Shown here one piece after another: positions 13,199 through 25,308 of a stretch of 64,000 bases of DNA. The translations under genes and the position numbers were made by a program. Every line of letters begins with the position of its first letter. Position 1 is the stretch's first letter. The notes beneath the pieces are model-generated. The model had not been told where the DNA came from, did no database searches, and saw only the letters and a list, made by a program, of their open reading frames with translations. The DNA comes from Malacoraja senta (lineage: Eukaryota). Location: positions 8,184,001 through 8,248,000 of the forward strand of contig CM075993.1 in the NCBI GenBank assembly GCA_038087875.1. The letters are read 5' to 3'.

Positions 13199-13647
13199 AT
13201 AGGAGGAATATGGGAGGCTGGAGACAGAAAGGTTAGGTGTGGGATAAGGAGACAGGTGACTGGATACACAGGCTTGCCCTTGCAAGCTAAACAAGGGCAT
13301 CCTGTAAAGTGGTCACCCAATCTGTGTTTTGTTTCTGAGAGATGGATGGGTTGATGAAGAGTAGGTGTCTCAATTGAAGGGAATGTGAGAAAATTCACAC
13401 GTCACAGGGAGAACGTACAAAACTCCGTGAATGTGAGTGCAGAGATCTGAGGGCTGTTTGGGCCTAAGGAGATGCTATGATGGGAAAGGGTGAGACAATG
13501 GGGGGAGTTTTGAGCAAAATGTCTGGCTTCCACGTAGGTGATCAAGCACGGCACTATCGTGAACTAGGGATGAGCAGCAGGGTTATCCTCGCGTGCTCCA
13601 GATTACATCAGCAGTTACTTAAAAATTGGATCATAAATCCTGCTCGA

Positions 13648-13925
13648 CGGCAAGGTGGCGCAGCGGTTGAATTACTGCCTTACAGCGCCAGAGACCAGGG
13701 TTCAATCCTGACTATGTGCTGAGTGTACGGAGTTTGTACGTTCTCCCTGTGTGGGTTTCCCCCGGTTTCCTTCCACACTCCAAAGACGTACAGGTTTCTA
13801 GGCTTATTGTCTTGGTAAAATTGTTATTTGTCCCTCGTGAGTGTAGGATAGTGTTAATGTGGGGGGATCTCTGGTTGGCGCTGATTCGGAAAGTGTTTCC
13901 ACACTGTATCTCTAAACTAAACTAA
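13648..13925 (+). mobile_element. V-SINE
   Basis: tRNA-like head, V-domain and (CTAAA)n tail ending next to the exon 13949 acceptor. Confidence 0.85.
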
Positions 13926-13948
13926 TAGAACAATTTCTTCTCTTCCAG

Positions 13949-14164
13949 TGCTCGTCGCACCCATGTCATTGACGATGAGGCGGATTATTTTGCGGCGGAC
14001 ACCAACCAATGGCTCTCCAAACAGGAGCGAGAGGCGTTGCGCAAGAAAGATGAGGAATTGAGGGAGTTACGACATGCATCCCGTCGAACAAATAAGATCA
14101 CAATAGACTTTGCTGGAAGGCAAATCCTTGAGGATCAAGCATCTTTGGATCAGTACTATAGCAG
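13949..14164 (+). CDS. TRIP4: TRIP4 exon
   Basis: cttccag acceptor, GTTGGT donor, phase 2-2. Encodes ARRTHVIDDEADYFAADTNQWLSKQEREALRKKDEELRELRHASRRTNKITIDFAGRQILEDQASLDQYYS. Confidence 0.96.
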
Positions 14165-14377
14165 GTTGGTGTTGAATGGAACACTCTATCTAGAAACTTT
14201 CAGATCCATTCAAGAAGCAACAGGATTGATGGACTGGAGTTGGAACATTAGACAGAATCGTTATGCCACAAAATAGGCCATTTAGCAAATGGAGTGCTTC
14301 CCTGAAAGACATTGCTGAACTGCATTGATTTTATGGACTGATGGGCCTGTTAATGTGCTGTAGGACTTTGTAAAATA

Positions 14378-14930
14378 GGTTTAGGTTTATTATTGTCGTG
14401 TGTAACAAGTTATAGTGAAAAGCTTTGTTTTGCATGCCATCCAATCGAATCAAATAACACTATACATGAATCCAATCAAACCAAAATCAAGTGAAGGGAA
14501 AAACGCCGAATATAGTTCTTCGCATTATAGTGCATTAGTTCCAGAGACAACGTCCAATGTCCACAGTAAGGTAGAGGAGAATTGGATTGTGCCCTAGAAG
14601 GACCATTGATAACTGGGGAGGAACCGGCTTCTGATTCTGGTGGGAGCAGGGAGAAGACGTAAAGACCAGGGGGAGAAAAGTTATATTGATTATATTAGCT
14701 GCTTTCTCGAGGCAGCATGGCGTAGGTGGAATCAGTTGTGGGCAGTCCAATCTGTGTGATGGGCTGGGCTACATCTCCAACTCACTGCAATTTTTCACGG
14801 TCTTGGGTAGAGCTGTTCCCAAACCGACCTGTGATGCATCTGTAGGAGGTTGTAAGAGCCATTGGAGACATGCCAATTTACCTCCGTCTCCTGAGGAAGT
14901 AGAAGTGTTGATGTGCCTTTTTGGCTATCA
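14378..14930 (-). mobile_element. Rex1/Babar-like LINE 3' fragment (degenerate)
   Basis: Remnant CCLEKAANII and the same tail type as the other Rex1-like copies. Confidence 0.6.
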
Positions 14931-16611
14931 TTTCCATGTGACACTAAGAGTTTAGCAAGGGAACAGTTTAGGATTTGTGATTAAACTGCCCCTATTTGAG
15001 AGGAAGAAGCTGGAATTATATTGGATTGGGAATTCATGTTGAGGAATTTAGAAGTTAACAGTGATATTGTGGAAGTTGATAGTGGGATTGGACTTGGATA
15101 GGGTCCCCGAAACAGAAAGCAATCCTTCTTTCTGGTCTAGAATGGTATGGTGAGTAGTAATTAATTTAAGGAACTAATGTTATGATAAAGCTATCAGTCT
15201 GAGTCAGCATGTTGATTTGTTTTCTTCCGATCTTAATTTGTACATTGGTGAGAAATCTGTTGCAAAGTTATGGTCCTGGAACACAAAGATAGTTGATGTA
15301 TGATTACACAAGAGACTACTGATGCTGGAATCTTGAGCGAAAAACAAAGTGCTGGAAGAACTTAGCAGGTCAGGCATCTGTGGAGCGCGTGGACAGGGGA
15401 CATTTCAGGTCAGAACCCTTCCATCAGTCTGAATAAGGAGCAGAAATGCTAGTGGCTTCCCTTCTTTTGCCTGGATTAATCACCGGGTTGCCTGTGTACA
15501 TATGGAGTCTGCGGCAAGGTCTACAAAAAATTGTATTATAGTGATACATCCATCGATGCACAAAGTAATTGTAAGTCCAAAAGATTCTGTAGAGGAGTAA
15601 TGATGAGGCATTTGGTTGATTGCAAGTCAGGGCCCATCTGCAGTTCTGTTTGCTGGATTACCAGATAAAATCCTCAAGGGGGAAGCAAAGGTATATAACT
15701 CATTCATGGTGTGTGATCACTTGTTCAAATAAAATGGAGTGCCTCGTTCTGACAGTAACATACTTTTTAATGTCTGATGACCCGATGATTACACTACTTG
15801 TTATGGGGTGATGAGATTTTGAGCTGATTCACGGAGATTTATTTAGTATTTACGGTATGTATTGATTTCAGTGACTGCAGGTCTGGGAGCCCTACTTAAT
15901 TTTGGACAGTGATGGTTTGAGATGATATCATCTGGAATTCGTTTGCGGAAGGCTGAGCGATCACAGTGACAGTCCTTGTTCCAAAAGAGTATATATTTGC
16001 AAACTCCTGTTGTTCATTCTCGAGATAATAGTGCAGTGAAATTGGTTTCCATTGTGTTTCAGAAATGATGGAATAACACTGCAGTTTGAGTAAACAGCTA
16101 CCATTTGTCACTGTTTGTGAATTCATTTAAGAAATCCTAGATCAATAAAGCACAGGCCATTCTGTTTATTGTGTTCAGGAGCTTTTTCCAGCAATCCTAT
16201 CCTCTTGCTCTTTATCCATGGTGTCTGGCATCCAGAATCATCCTGATAGTTGGGGAAGGTCTATGATTCATGGAAAAAAATAAAGATTTGCATTTCTGAA
16301 GCAAAAAAAAATCATTTCTATATATTCCAATGCGTTCATAAGTTACAGGAACAGAATTAGGCCATTCGGCCCATCAAGTCTACTCCGCCATTCAATCATC
16401 GCTGATGGTGGGATTTTACTTGGATAGGGTCCCCGAAAACAGAAAGCATATCTCTCCCACCTAACCCCGTTCTCCTGCCTTCTTCCCATAACCTCTGACA
16501 CCTGTACTAATCAAGAGTCTGTGCTGCGTGTTTCAAGCTTTAGCGAGCTCCCAAATACAGCAATATGTCTGGTTGCCTAGTATTACTGATTATTTATTTA
16601 TTATATTACTA

Positions 16612-17003
16612 GAAACATAGAAACATAGAAAATAGGTGCAGGAGGAGGCCATTCGGCCCTTCGAGCCAGCACCGCCATTTATTGTGATCATGGCTGATCA
16701 TCCCCAATCAATAACCCATGCCTGCCTTCTCCCCATTTCCCTTGATTCCACCAGCCCCTAGAGCTCTATCTAACTCTCTCTAAACTCCATCCAGTGACTT
16801 GGCCTCCACTGCCCTCTGTGGCAGGGAATTCCACAAATTCACAACTCTCTGGGTGAAAAAGTTTTTTCTCACCTTTGTCTTAAATGGCCTCCCCTTCATT
16901 CTAAGACTGTGGCCCCTGGTTCTGGACTCGCCCAACATTGGGAACATTTTTCCTGCATCGAGCTTGTCCAGTCCTTTTATAATGTTATATGTTTGTATAA
17001 GAT
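16612..17003 (-). mobile_element. CR1 LINE 3' fragment
   Basis: Near-identical reverse complement of the 11085-11510 copy; (TTTCTATG)n tail. Confidence 0.9.
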
Positions 17004-18366
17004 CATTATTATTATATATGTGTTATGGCATTAATGACCCTGCAAAGCAGCACAAGGTCGGAATGCTGCCTCCTGCATTCCTCGACCGCTGAACCAGCCA
17101 ATTTCCGTCTACTAATACCCTCCTCCGCCGAGCAGAGCTGGTCCTTGCCCCCAACAACTTCTCCTTCGATTCCTCCCACTTCCTCCAAATCTAAGGCGTA
17201 GCTCTGGGCACTCGCATGGGCCCCAGCTATGCTTGCCTCTTAGTTGGGTACGTCGAACAATCACTGTTCCAGGCGTACACTGGCCCTATCCCCGAACTCT
17301 ACCTCTGCTACATTGACGACTGCACCAGTGCTGCCTCCTGCACCCATGACTTCATAAACCTCACGACTAATTTCCATCCTGCACTCAAATTCGCTTGGAC
17401 CATCTCTGACATCTCCCTACCATTTCTGGATCTCACCATCTCCATCAAAGACTATTGACCGACATCTACTTCAAACCTACTGACTCCCATAGCTATCTAG
17501 ACTACACTTCTTCCCACCCTGCTTCCTGTAAAGACTCTATCCTCTAGTCCCAATTCCTCCGTCTACGCCGTATCTGCACCCAGGGTGAGGTTTTCCATAC
17601 TAGATCATCGGAGATGTCCTCATTCTTTGGGAAACGGGGGATCCCCTCTTCCATTATAGAGGAGGCTCTCACTAGGGTCTCCTCGATATCCCGCAGCTCC
17701 GCTCTTGCTCCCTCTCCCCCATTCGCAACAAGGACAGAGTCCCCCTTGTCCTCACCTTCCACCCCATCACCCATCGCATACAGCATACAATCCTCCAACA
17801 CTTGCCAACTCCAACGGGATCCCATCTCCTCCCCTTTCTGCTTTCCGTAGAGACCGTTCCCTCCGCAACTCTCTGGTCAACTCGTCCCTTCCCACCCAAA
17901 CCACCCTCTCCCCAGGTACTGCCCACTGCAACACCTGTCCCTTTACCTCCCCCCTCGACTCCATCCAAGGACAGTCTACTCAGGTGAGGCAGAGGTTCAC
18001 TTGCACTTCCTCCAACCTCATCTACTGAATCTGCTGTTCCTGGTGTCAACTTCTGTACATCGGCGAGACCAAGCGCAGACTCAGCGATCGTTTCGCTGAA
18101 CACCTCCGCTGAGTCTGCCTTAACCTACCTTATCTCCCGGTTGCTCAGCACTCCCCCCCCCCCCCCCTCCCAATCTGACCTTTCTGTCCTGGGCCTCCTC
18201 CATTGTCACAATGCGGCCCAGCGCAAATTGGAGGAACAGCACCTCGTATTTCGCTTGGGTAGTTTACACCACAGAGATATGAACATTGACTTCTCTAACT
18301 TCAAATAGCCCTTGTTTTCCCTCTCTCTCCATCCCCTCCCCTTTCCCAGTTCTCCCACCAGTCTTA

Positions 18367-18648
18367 TGGGCCTGTCCCACTATACGAGTTTACCCAAGAG
18401 CTCTCCCGAGTTGAAAAAAAAATCAAGCTCGTGGTAAGTACGTAGCGGGTACGTCGGAACTCGGGACGTCTCTTAGCGGCTTGTAACGCTAATGGCAGGT
18501 ACTCGGAAAACGCAGTAAGCTCGTGAAGATATTTCAACATGTTGAAAAATGTCCACGAGAGCCCCGAGTACCCACGTAATTCTCCGAGTTTGAATCAGGG
18601 GAAACTGGGGAGAACTCTTGAATTACCTCGTACAGTGGGACAGGCCCT
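18367..18648. mobile_element. PIF/Harbinger-type MITE nested in Penelope 3' UTR
   Basis: TIR GGGCCTGTCCCACT / AGTGGGACAGGCCC with TTA duplicated on both sides. The empty site (ccagtcttactgtctc) is visible in the second Penelope copy near 24764. Confidence 0.88.
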
Positions 18649-18702
18649 TTACTGTCTCCGACTACATTCTATTTTTGTCCCGCCCACTCCCCTGACATCA
18701 GT

Positions 18703-18730
18703 CTGAAGAAGGGTCTCGACCCGAAACGTC
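18703..18730 (+). ncRNA. Minimal type I hammerhead ribozyme motif (Penelope-associated)
   Basis: CTGAAGA-A-GGGTCTCGACCC-GAAA-C-GTC: conserved core, stem II hairpin, palindromic ACGT stem III and GUC cleavage triplet. Confidence 0.7.
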
Positions 18731-19511
18731 ACCCATTCCTTCTCTCCAGAGATGCCGCCTGTTCCACTGAGTTACTCCAGAATATTGAGTCTACCTTCGG
18801 AGTTTAATTGTTCTGTTCACGGTACACATGACAATTATCACTTTTGACTCTCTTGATATATTAATGGAGTCACAAGGTCACCATTAATATGTAGATGCTG
18901 GATTCTTGCACAGAACACAAAGTGCTGGAATACCTCAATGGGTCAGGCAGCATCTCTGAAGAAGGGTCCAGATCCAAAACATCGCCTATCCATGTCCTCC
19001 GATCTGAAAAAGGGTCCCTTCCCAGAACAGTGCCTATTCATACCCCCCAGAGATGCTGTCTGATCTGCTGAGTTACTCCAGCACTTTGTGTTCTATGCAT
19101 GTACTGGAGTAACTCAGCGGGTCAGGCAGCATCTCTGGAGGAATTGAGCACGTGTTGTTTTGGGTCTGAAAAAGGGTCGTGACTTAATGTCACCTGTCCA
19201 TATCCTCCAAAGATGCTGCCTGACCAACGGAATTACTCTAGACCAAAATGCTGGAGAAACTCAGCGGGTGAGGCAGCATCTATGGAGTGAAGGTAATAGG
19301 CGACGTTTTGAGTCGAGAAGGTCTCGACCCGAAACGTCGCCTATTTCCTTCGCTCGATAGATGCTGCTTCACCCCCTGAGTTTCTCCAGCATTTTTGTCT
19401 ACCTTCGATTTTCCAGCATCTGCAGTTCCTTCTTAAACCAAATTACTCTGGTACTTTGTATTGATATTTTAATGACCTGATAATGTGTATTCATGAGTCA
19501 GTCCTCCTTTA

Positions 19512-20190
19512 GAATACATAGAAAATAGGTGCAGGAATAGGTCATTTGGCCCTTTGAGCCAGCACCGCCATTCAATGTGATCATGGCTAATCATCCACAA
19601 TCAGTACCCCGTTCCTGCCTTCTTTCCATATCCCTTGATTCCGCTAGCCCTAAGAGCTCTATCTAACTCTCTTTTCAATGTATCCAGTGAATCGGCCTCC
19701 ACTGCCTTCTGAGGCAGAGAATACCACAAATTCACAACTCTCTGGGTGAAAATGTTTTTCCTCATCTCAGTTCTAAATGGCCTATGCCTTATTCTAAACG
19801 GTGGCCCCTAGTTTTGGACCCCCAACATCGGGAACATGTTTCCTGCATCTAGCGTGTCCAATCCCTTAATAATTTTATATGTTTCTATAAGATATCCTCT
19901 CATCCTTCTAAATTCCAGTGAATTCAAGCTCAGTCGCTCCATTCTTTCGTCATATGACAGTCCCGCCATCCCGGGAATTAACCTCGTGAACCTACGCTGC
20001 GCTCCCGCAATAGCAAGAATGTCCTTCCTCAAATGAATAGACCAAAACTGCACACAATACTCCAGGTGTGGTCTCACCAGGGTCCTGTACAACTGCAGAA
20101 GGACCTCTTTGCTCCATTGTTCAAATCCTCTCGCTATGAAGGCCAACATGCCATTCGCTTTCTTCACTGCCTGCTGTACCTGCATGCTTT
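19512..20190 (-). mobile_element. CR1 LINE 3' fragment
   Basis: ORF 19808-20209: QVQQAVKKANGMLAFIARG...LVRPHLEYCVQFWS. Confidence 0.92.
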
Positions 20191-20417
20191 CTAGGAAGCC
20201 TATCACCAAAGCCTGATGATTCTAAAGTATTGTGGTTCTGGCTTGGTTACCTTTTGAAATATTTGATCCTAGGTCAAGGCGCACAAAGGTAATTTGCAAT
20301 GTGAGATTTAATTACCATCAAGCAGATATGTACAACAAACTGTTGGGTGTGTTTAAAATACTTCAGCTGAATGGGAAGGAATAGTCTTCTGCTGTTCTCT
20401 CTGTTATTGGGATGTAA

Positions 20418-20639
20418 ACGGCCTGTCCCACGGCGATTTTTTTGGCGACTGCCGGCATCATTGACTGACGTATCAGGTCACTGAAAAATTTGCGGCGTGA
20501 TGACATATGACGCGCGGTGTTTTTTCAAGCGTTGCAACTTTTTTTTGTCGCGGCTGGATTTTGAAATGCTCAAAATCTTGTGGCGACCCTGATATGACGC
20601 CGGCAGTCACCGAAAAAATCGCCAAGTGGGACAGGCCCT
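20418..20639. mobile_element. PIF/Harbinger-type MITE
   Basis: TIR GGCCTGTCCCAC / GTGGGACAGGCC; TAA TSD at 20415-20417 and 20640-20642; long subterminal inverted repeats. Confidence 0.85.
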
Positions 20640-20747
20640 TAACTCTTCCCTCCTGAATTATGATTCAGTTTTAGGCATTATTTTAGACTGAAGTGATCTG
20701 TTATTACTGACTTGTTATTTGGGCTACTTTCTGTTCTTTTCTCCCAG

Positions 20748-20883
20748 ACTAGATGATCTTGTCGAAGAAATGAAGTCTGGATCACAGAATAACACCACCT
20801 CCAGCAAGAAGGACAAACAGGGCAAACAGCCACAGCAGTTGGGTGAATTGGTCAACCCCAATATCCTTCAACCTGCTCCTGTT
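20748..20883 (+). CDS. TRIP4: TRIP4 exon
   Basis: ctcccag acceptor, GTAAGT donor, phase 2-0. Encodes LDDLVEEMKSG...LGELVNPNILQPAPV, matching recalled human LDE...LGVLVNPN. Confidence 0.9.
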
Positions 20884-21057
20884 GTAAGTGGTAACTCGTT
20901 CACAGGCATTGTTAATGATTAATTTCTCTGATGCATTTAATTGTGCAGTCATGGTAGATTAGCCACAAAGCCTGTGTGTTAGCCACAAAGCCATTGATAC
21001 TGACATTTGGAGAGCACTGAGATGGTTCAGACAAGTCATCTGTGGTAACTAAAGTGT

Positions 21058-21153
21058 TGGAAGGAACTGCAGATGCTGGTTTAAACTGAAGATGGACACA
21101 AAATGCGGGGGTAATTCAGCGGGACAGGCAGCATCTATGGAGAGAAGGATTGA
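21058..21153 (-). mobile_element. Penelope-derived short unit with 13 bp TSD
   Basis: gtaactaaagtgt at 21045-21057 and 21154-21166. Confidence 0.8.
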
Positions 21154-22363
21154 GTAACTAAAGTGTAGATAGGATCTACTAGATTACAGCAGTACAAAAG
21201 ATTTTGTGTCTTCATTCTTCGAATATACTTGTATGCCCAGAATCTTTTTGATTAGTTTAAAATGATAGTCAAAGAATGAGATTACTCAATCTATTATGGC
21301 TATTTTCCCCCCCAATAGTCCTGATTTAGTAAGTAACTGTGGTGGCAAATGAAAAGATTGGAATGTAAGAGAAAACTCACTGTAATGGTGGAGGGCTCCA
21401 GGGTGTTATGTACAGTTTATGTCTCCTTATTCAAGGAATGTATACTTCTTTTGGCGGTAGTGCAGGATAAGTTCCTGTGGTAGCTGGTAATATAAATCTA
21501 GGTTCTGTCTCCTTACTTAGGGAAGGCAGACTTGCCCTGGAGGCAGTGAGCAAAAGTTCAACTAATTCCTGGGATTGAACGGAAAGTAAGTTGTATGGTT
21601 GTCTTTTGTGGCATTAGGAATTACAATAACCCTGGTGAGAGCACATCAGGAATTTTGGGGTACAGGTTTGGTTTCCCTACCTCTGGAAGAAGACATGTGA
21701 TAGAGGGAGTACAACAAGGTTTATAAGATTGATTCCTAGGCATGGCTGGTCGATCCTATGAGGGGAGATTAAGCAGGTGTATCCACACTTGAGTTAAAAA
21801 GAATGAGAGTTTCTTATTGAAACGTACACATTTCTTGCAAGGCTTGCCAGGGTAAATACAGGAAGGATGTTTCTGACAGCCACGGTGCCTGGAGCTGGGA
21901 GTTGATTTCTAAAAATAAAAGGTTGGCCATTCGGAGAGTGTCATTCTCTGCCCGTGGTTCGTGGAGGTTCAGTTGCTGAACATATTTAAAACTGAGGTTG
22001 ATAGGTTCATGAACAAGGAAATCGTGGATCAGGGGGTTAGTGAAGAAAATCGCTAGTAAACGGACTGATGAATAGAACAGACATGAAGGGCTGAATCCCC
22101 TGACTTAGTCCTAATAGCTTAAGTTGGATATTATAGGGCTCCAATTCATAGGCTGGGTAAGGTTCTGCAAATTCTTATGAATAAAGTACTTTGTGGAGAA
22201 AGGTAAGGGTGGGGGGGGGTGAGATGGGCTTTCTAATGGAGCAGAACTCTAATATGGAAAAATGAACAGACTGTAGTGAATGGGTAAGTTTCATTCACGG
22301 TTTTCACAGGTTTAGATGTAGGAAACGGCGGCAATAAGTGGAATGCTTTGTCACGTGGTGACA

Positions 22364-22672
22364 GGCGGCACGGTGGCGCAGCGGTAGGGTTGCTGCCTTA
22401 CAGCGCCAGAGACCCTGGTTCCATCCTGACTACGGGTGCTGTCTGTATGGAGTTTGTATGTTCTCCCCGTGACTTGCGTGGGTTTCCTCCGAGATTTTCA
22501 GTTTCCTCCCAAACTCCAAATACGCACAGGTTTGTAAATTAATTGGCTTGATATAAATGTAAACTGTCCCTAGTGTGTGTAGGATAATATTAATGTGTGT
22601 GGATCGCTAACCGGCGCAGACCCAGTGGGCCGATGGGCCCGTTTCCTCGCTGTATCTCTAAACTAAACTAAA
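22364..22672 (+). mobile_element. V-SINE, near full length
   Basis: GGCGGCACGGTGGCGCAGCGGTAG head, V-domain and (CTAAA)n tail. Confidence 0.88.
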
Positions 22673-22742
22673 CAATAGGGATCTAATTACTTTCCATCAA
22701 TATGAAATTCCGTGTCCATCAAGCTGTTTGCTCTCTCAACAG

Positions 22743-22936
22743 TGGGTAGAAGTAACCGGCACAGGCACTCAGAGGAGGGGGCTTGGTGGCCATGCGGAGA
22801 GGAGAGGCAAAGAGGTGGACTCCGAGAGGACGCGACTGCGCATCCAAGACCGGGAGTTGCTGGAGATATCCGACGATGGGATGTGCCTCAGTATGCATCA
22901 GCCATGGGCCTCGTTGCTTGTTCAAGGTATCAAAAC
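22743..22936 (+). CDS. TRIP4: TRIP4 exon, start of ASCH domain
   Basis: caacag acceptor, GTAAGT donor, phase 0-2. Encodes WVEVTG...RLRIQDRELLEISDDGMCLSMHQPWASLLVQGIK. Confidence 0.96.
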
Positions 22937-23408
22937 GTAAGTAAAATGCAATGGATTGCACAGACCATTCAATGCAACTCCTGGGATGACGGAACTCCTT
23001 GACATTGCCACTTGCTGAAATGTAAATAACAGTGTGAGAAGGGGGGATTGAAACTCAATGGAATTTTGCAAGTTCACAAAGGCGATGATGAATGTCTTTG
23101 CTATTTAGCTCAAAACCTATAAATGAACTGCCAATTAGACACATTCAAACATTTTCTTATGTATGGGTTACAATTGCCCATATGCTACTGCCTTTGAGCC
23201 AGATGTTTCTGTTTGAGAATGAGCTTAACAGACAGCAACTCCAACAAAATAAACAGCAAATGCCACATTCCTATCCAGCGTTACATTAAATAGTTCCCTT
23301 TCCAGTATTGGCAGTTTTTCTTCACTAATTTTACATGAACATAACAGTATTTTTATTGCTTTTTACATACAAAAGAGGGGAATGTTTTGCTAATGAAATA
23401 TTAAAGAT

Positions 23409-24898
23409 CTCACCGGCTCCATCACAGAAGGCAGACTATTGACTGACATTTACTACAAACGTACTGACTCCCATAGCTATCTAGACTACACTTCTTCCCA
23501 CCCTGCTTCATGTAAAGATTCTATCCCCTTATTCCAATTCCTTCGTCTACGCCGTATCTGCACCCAGGATGAGGTTTTCCATACTGGATCATAGGAGCTT
23601 CTGACGCTTCTAAGACTGCCTGGATCAAGACGAGATGGAGAGACCAGTGGAAGTCAGCGGAACCATCTAGGCTACACCATTACATCGATGACCCCATGGA
23701 CGTCCCTGGCCAGGACCTGCCCCGAAAGCAGTGGACAACCCTCAACCGCTTGAGGACAGGCGTCGGACGCTATGGAGTAGCGATGAAGAGGTGGGGCCTC
23801 GTGGACAGCGCCTCCTGCGAGTGTGGGGACCCAACACAGACAGTGGAGCACATAGTCATCAGTTGCCCCAAACACCAGCCACCGAATGGTGAACGAGGTC
23901 TGGACGATGACACGTTGGCCTGGCTCGCCTCAACGGAGCTGCAGATCTAAAGACACACGACAGAAGAAGAAGGAGAAGTCCTCATTCTTTAGGAAATGGG
24001 GGTTCCCCTCTTCCATTATAGATGAGGCTCTCACTAGGGTCTCCTCGATATCCCGCAGCTCCGCTCTTGCTCCTCCTCCCCCCATTTGTAACAAGGACAG
24101 TTCCCCTTGTCCTCACCTTCCACCCCATCAGCCGTCGCATTCATCATATAATCCTCCAATATTTTCGCCATCTCCAACAGGATCCCACTACTGGCCACAT
24201 CTTCCCATCTCCACCCCTTTCTGCTTTCCGCAGAGACCATTCCCTCTGCAACTCCCTGGTCAACTCGTCCCTTCCCACCCAAACCACACTCCCTCCCCAG
24301 GTACTTTCCCCTGCAACCGCAGGAGATGCAACACGTCCCTTTACCTCCCCCCTCGACTCCATCCAAGGACCCCGACAGGCTTTTCAGGTGAAGCAGAGGT
24401 TCACTTGTACCTCCTCCAACCTCATCTACTGTATCCGCTGTTCCAGGTGTCAACTTCTGTACATCGGCAAGACCAAACGCAGGCTCGGCGATCGTTTCGC
24501 TGAACACCTCCGCTCAGTCCGCCTTAACCTACTTGATCTCCCGGTTGCTCAGCACTTTAACTCTACCTCCCATTCCCAATCTGACCTTTCTGTCCTGGGC
24601 CTCCTCCATTGTCAGAGTGAGGCCCAGCGCATATTGGAGGAACAGCACCTCGTATTTCGCTTGGGTAGCTTACACCCCAGCGGTATGAACATTGACTTCT
24701 CTAACTTCAAATAGCCCTTGCTCTCCCTCTCTCTGCATCCCCTCCCCCTTCCCAGTTCTCCCACCAGTCTTACTGTCTCTGGCTACATTCTATCTCTGTC
24801 CCGCCCACTCCCCTGACATCAGTCTGAAGAAAGGTCTCAACCCGAAACGTCATCCATTTCTTCTCTCCAGAGATGCTCCAGCATTTTGTGTCTACCTT
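23409..24898 (+). mobile_element. Penelope-like retroelement, 5'-truncated, with GIY-YIG endonuclease region
   Basis: NLIYCIRCSRCQLLYIGKTKRRLGDRFAEH...PSGMN and a Cys linker PCNRRRCN. 13 bp TSD aaatattaaagat at 23396-23408 and 24899-24911. Confidence 0.92.
23598..23970 (+). mobile_element. LINE 3' end (RTE-X-like) nested in Penelope
   Basis: WTTLNRLRTGVGR...KRWG...CECG..QTVEHIVISCP C-terminal Cys/His motif, (GAA)n tail and aggag duplication at both ends. Confidence 0.75.
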
Positions 24899-25017
24899 AA
24901 ATATTAAAGATATATTGATGTAGGTTACCAAGTACAGCCTGGGGAAGTTGGAATTCTCTTTTGGGGAACATCAGCTGAAAGGAAAGTTTTCCAGAATAGT
25001 GATGTGTTTTTAAAAGG

Positions 25018-25308
25018 TTTAGTTTACTTTAGAGATACAGTGTGGAAACCAGCCCTTCGGCCCACCGAGTCCGCACCGACCAACGATCGCCCGTACTCTT
25101 GTTCTATCCTACTCGCTAGGGACAATTTACAGAAGCCAATTAACCTACAACCCTGCACGTCTTTAGAATGTGGAGAAAACCGAAACACCCGGAGAAAACC
25201 CACGCGGTGATGGGGAGAAAGTGCAAACACCCAAACAGACAGCACCCGCAATCGGAATCGAGCCCGGGTCTCTGGCGCTGTAAGGCAGCAACTCTACCGC
25301 TCTGCCAT
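25018..25308 (-). mobile_element. V-SINE
   Basis: Head, V-domain and tail in reverse orientation. Confidence 0.85.

Larger units (their letters stand above)
17077..18800 (+). mobile_element. Penelope-like retroelement (Neptune-type), 5'-truncated and decayed
   Basis: RT motifs MGPSYACL, YIDD and LPFLD; C-terminal GIY-YIG remnant (NLIY...LYIGET); 3' pLTR with hammerhead core; stops and frameshifts present. Confidence 0.9.

Noticed and set aside
22364-22435. tRNA genes
   Set aside because: The A/B-box sequences run straight into V-domains and LINE-like tails, so they are SINE heads.
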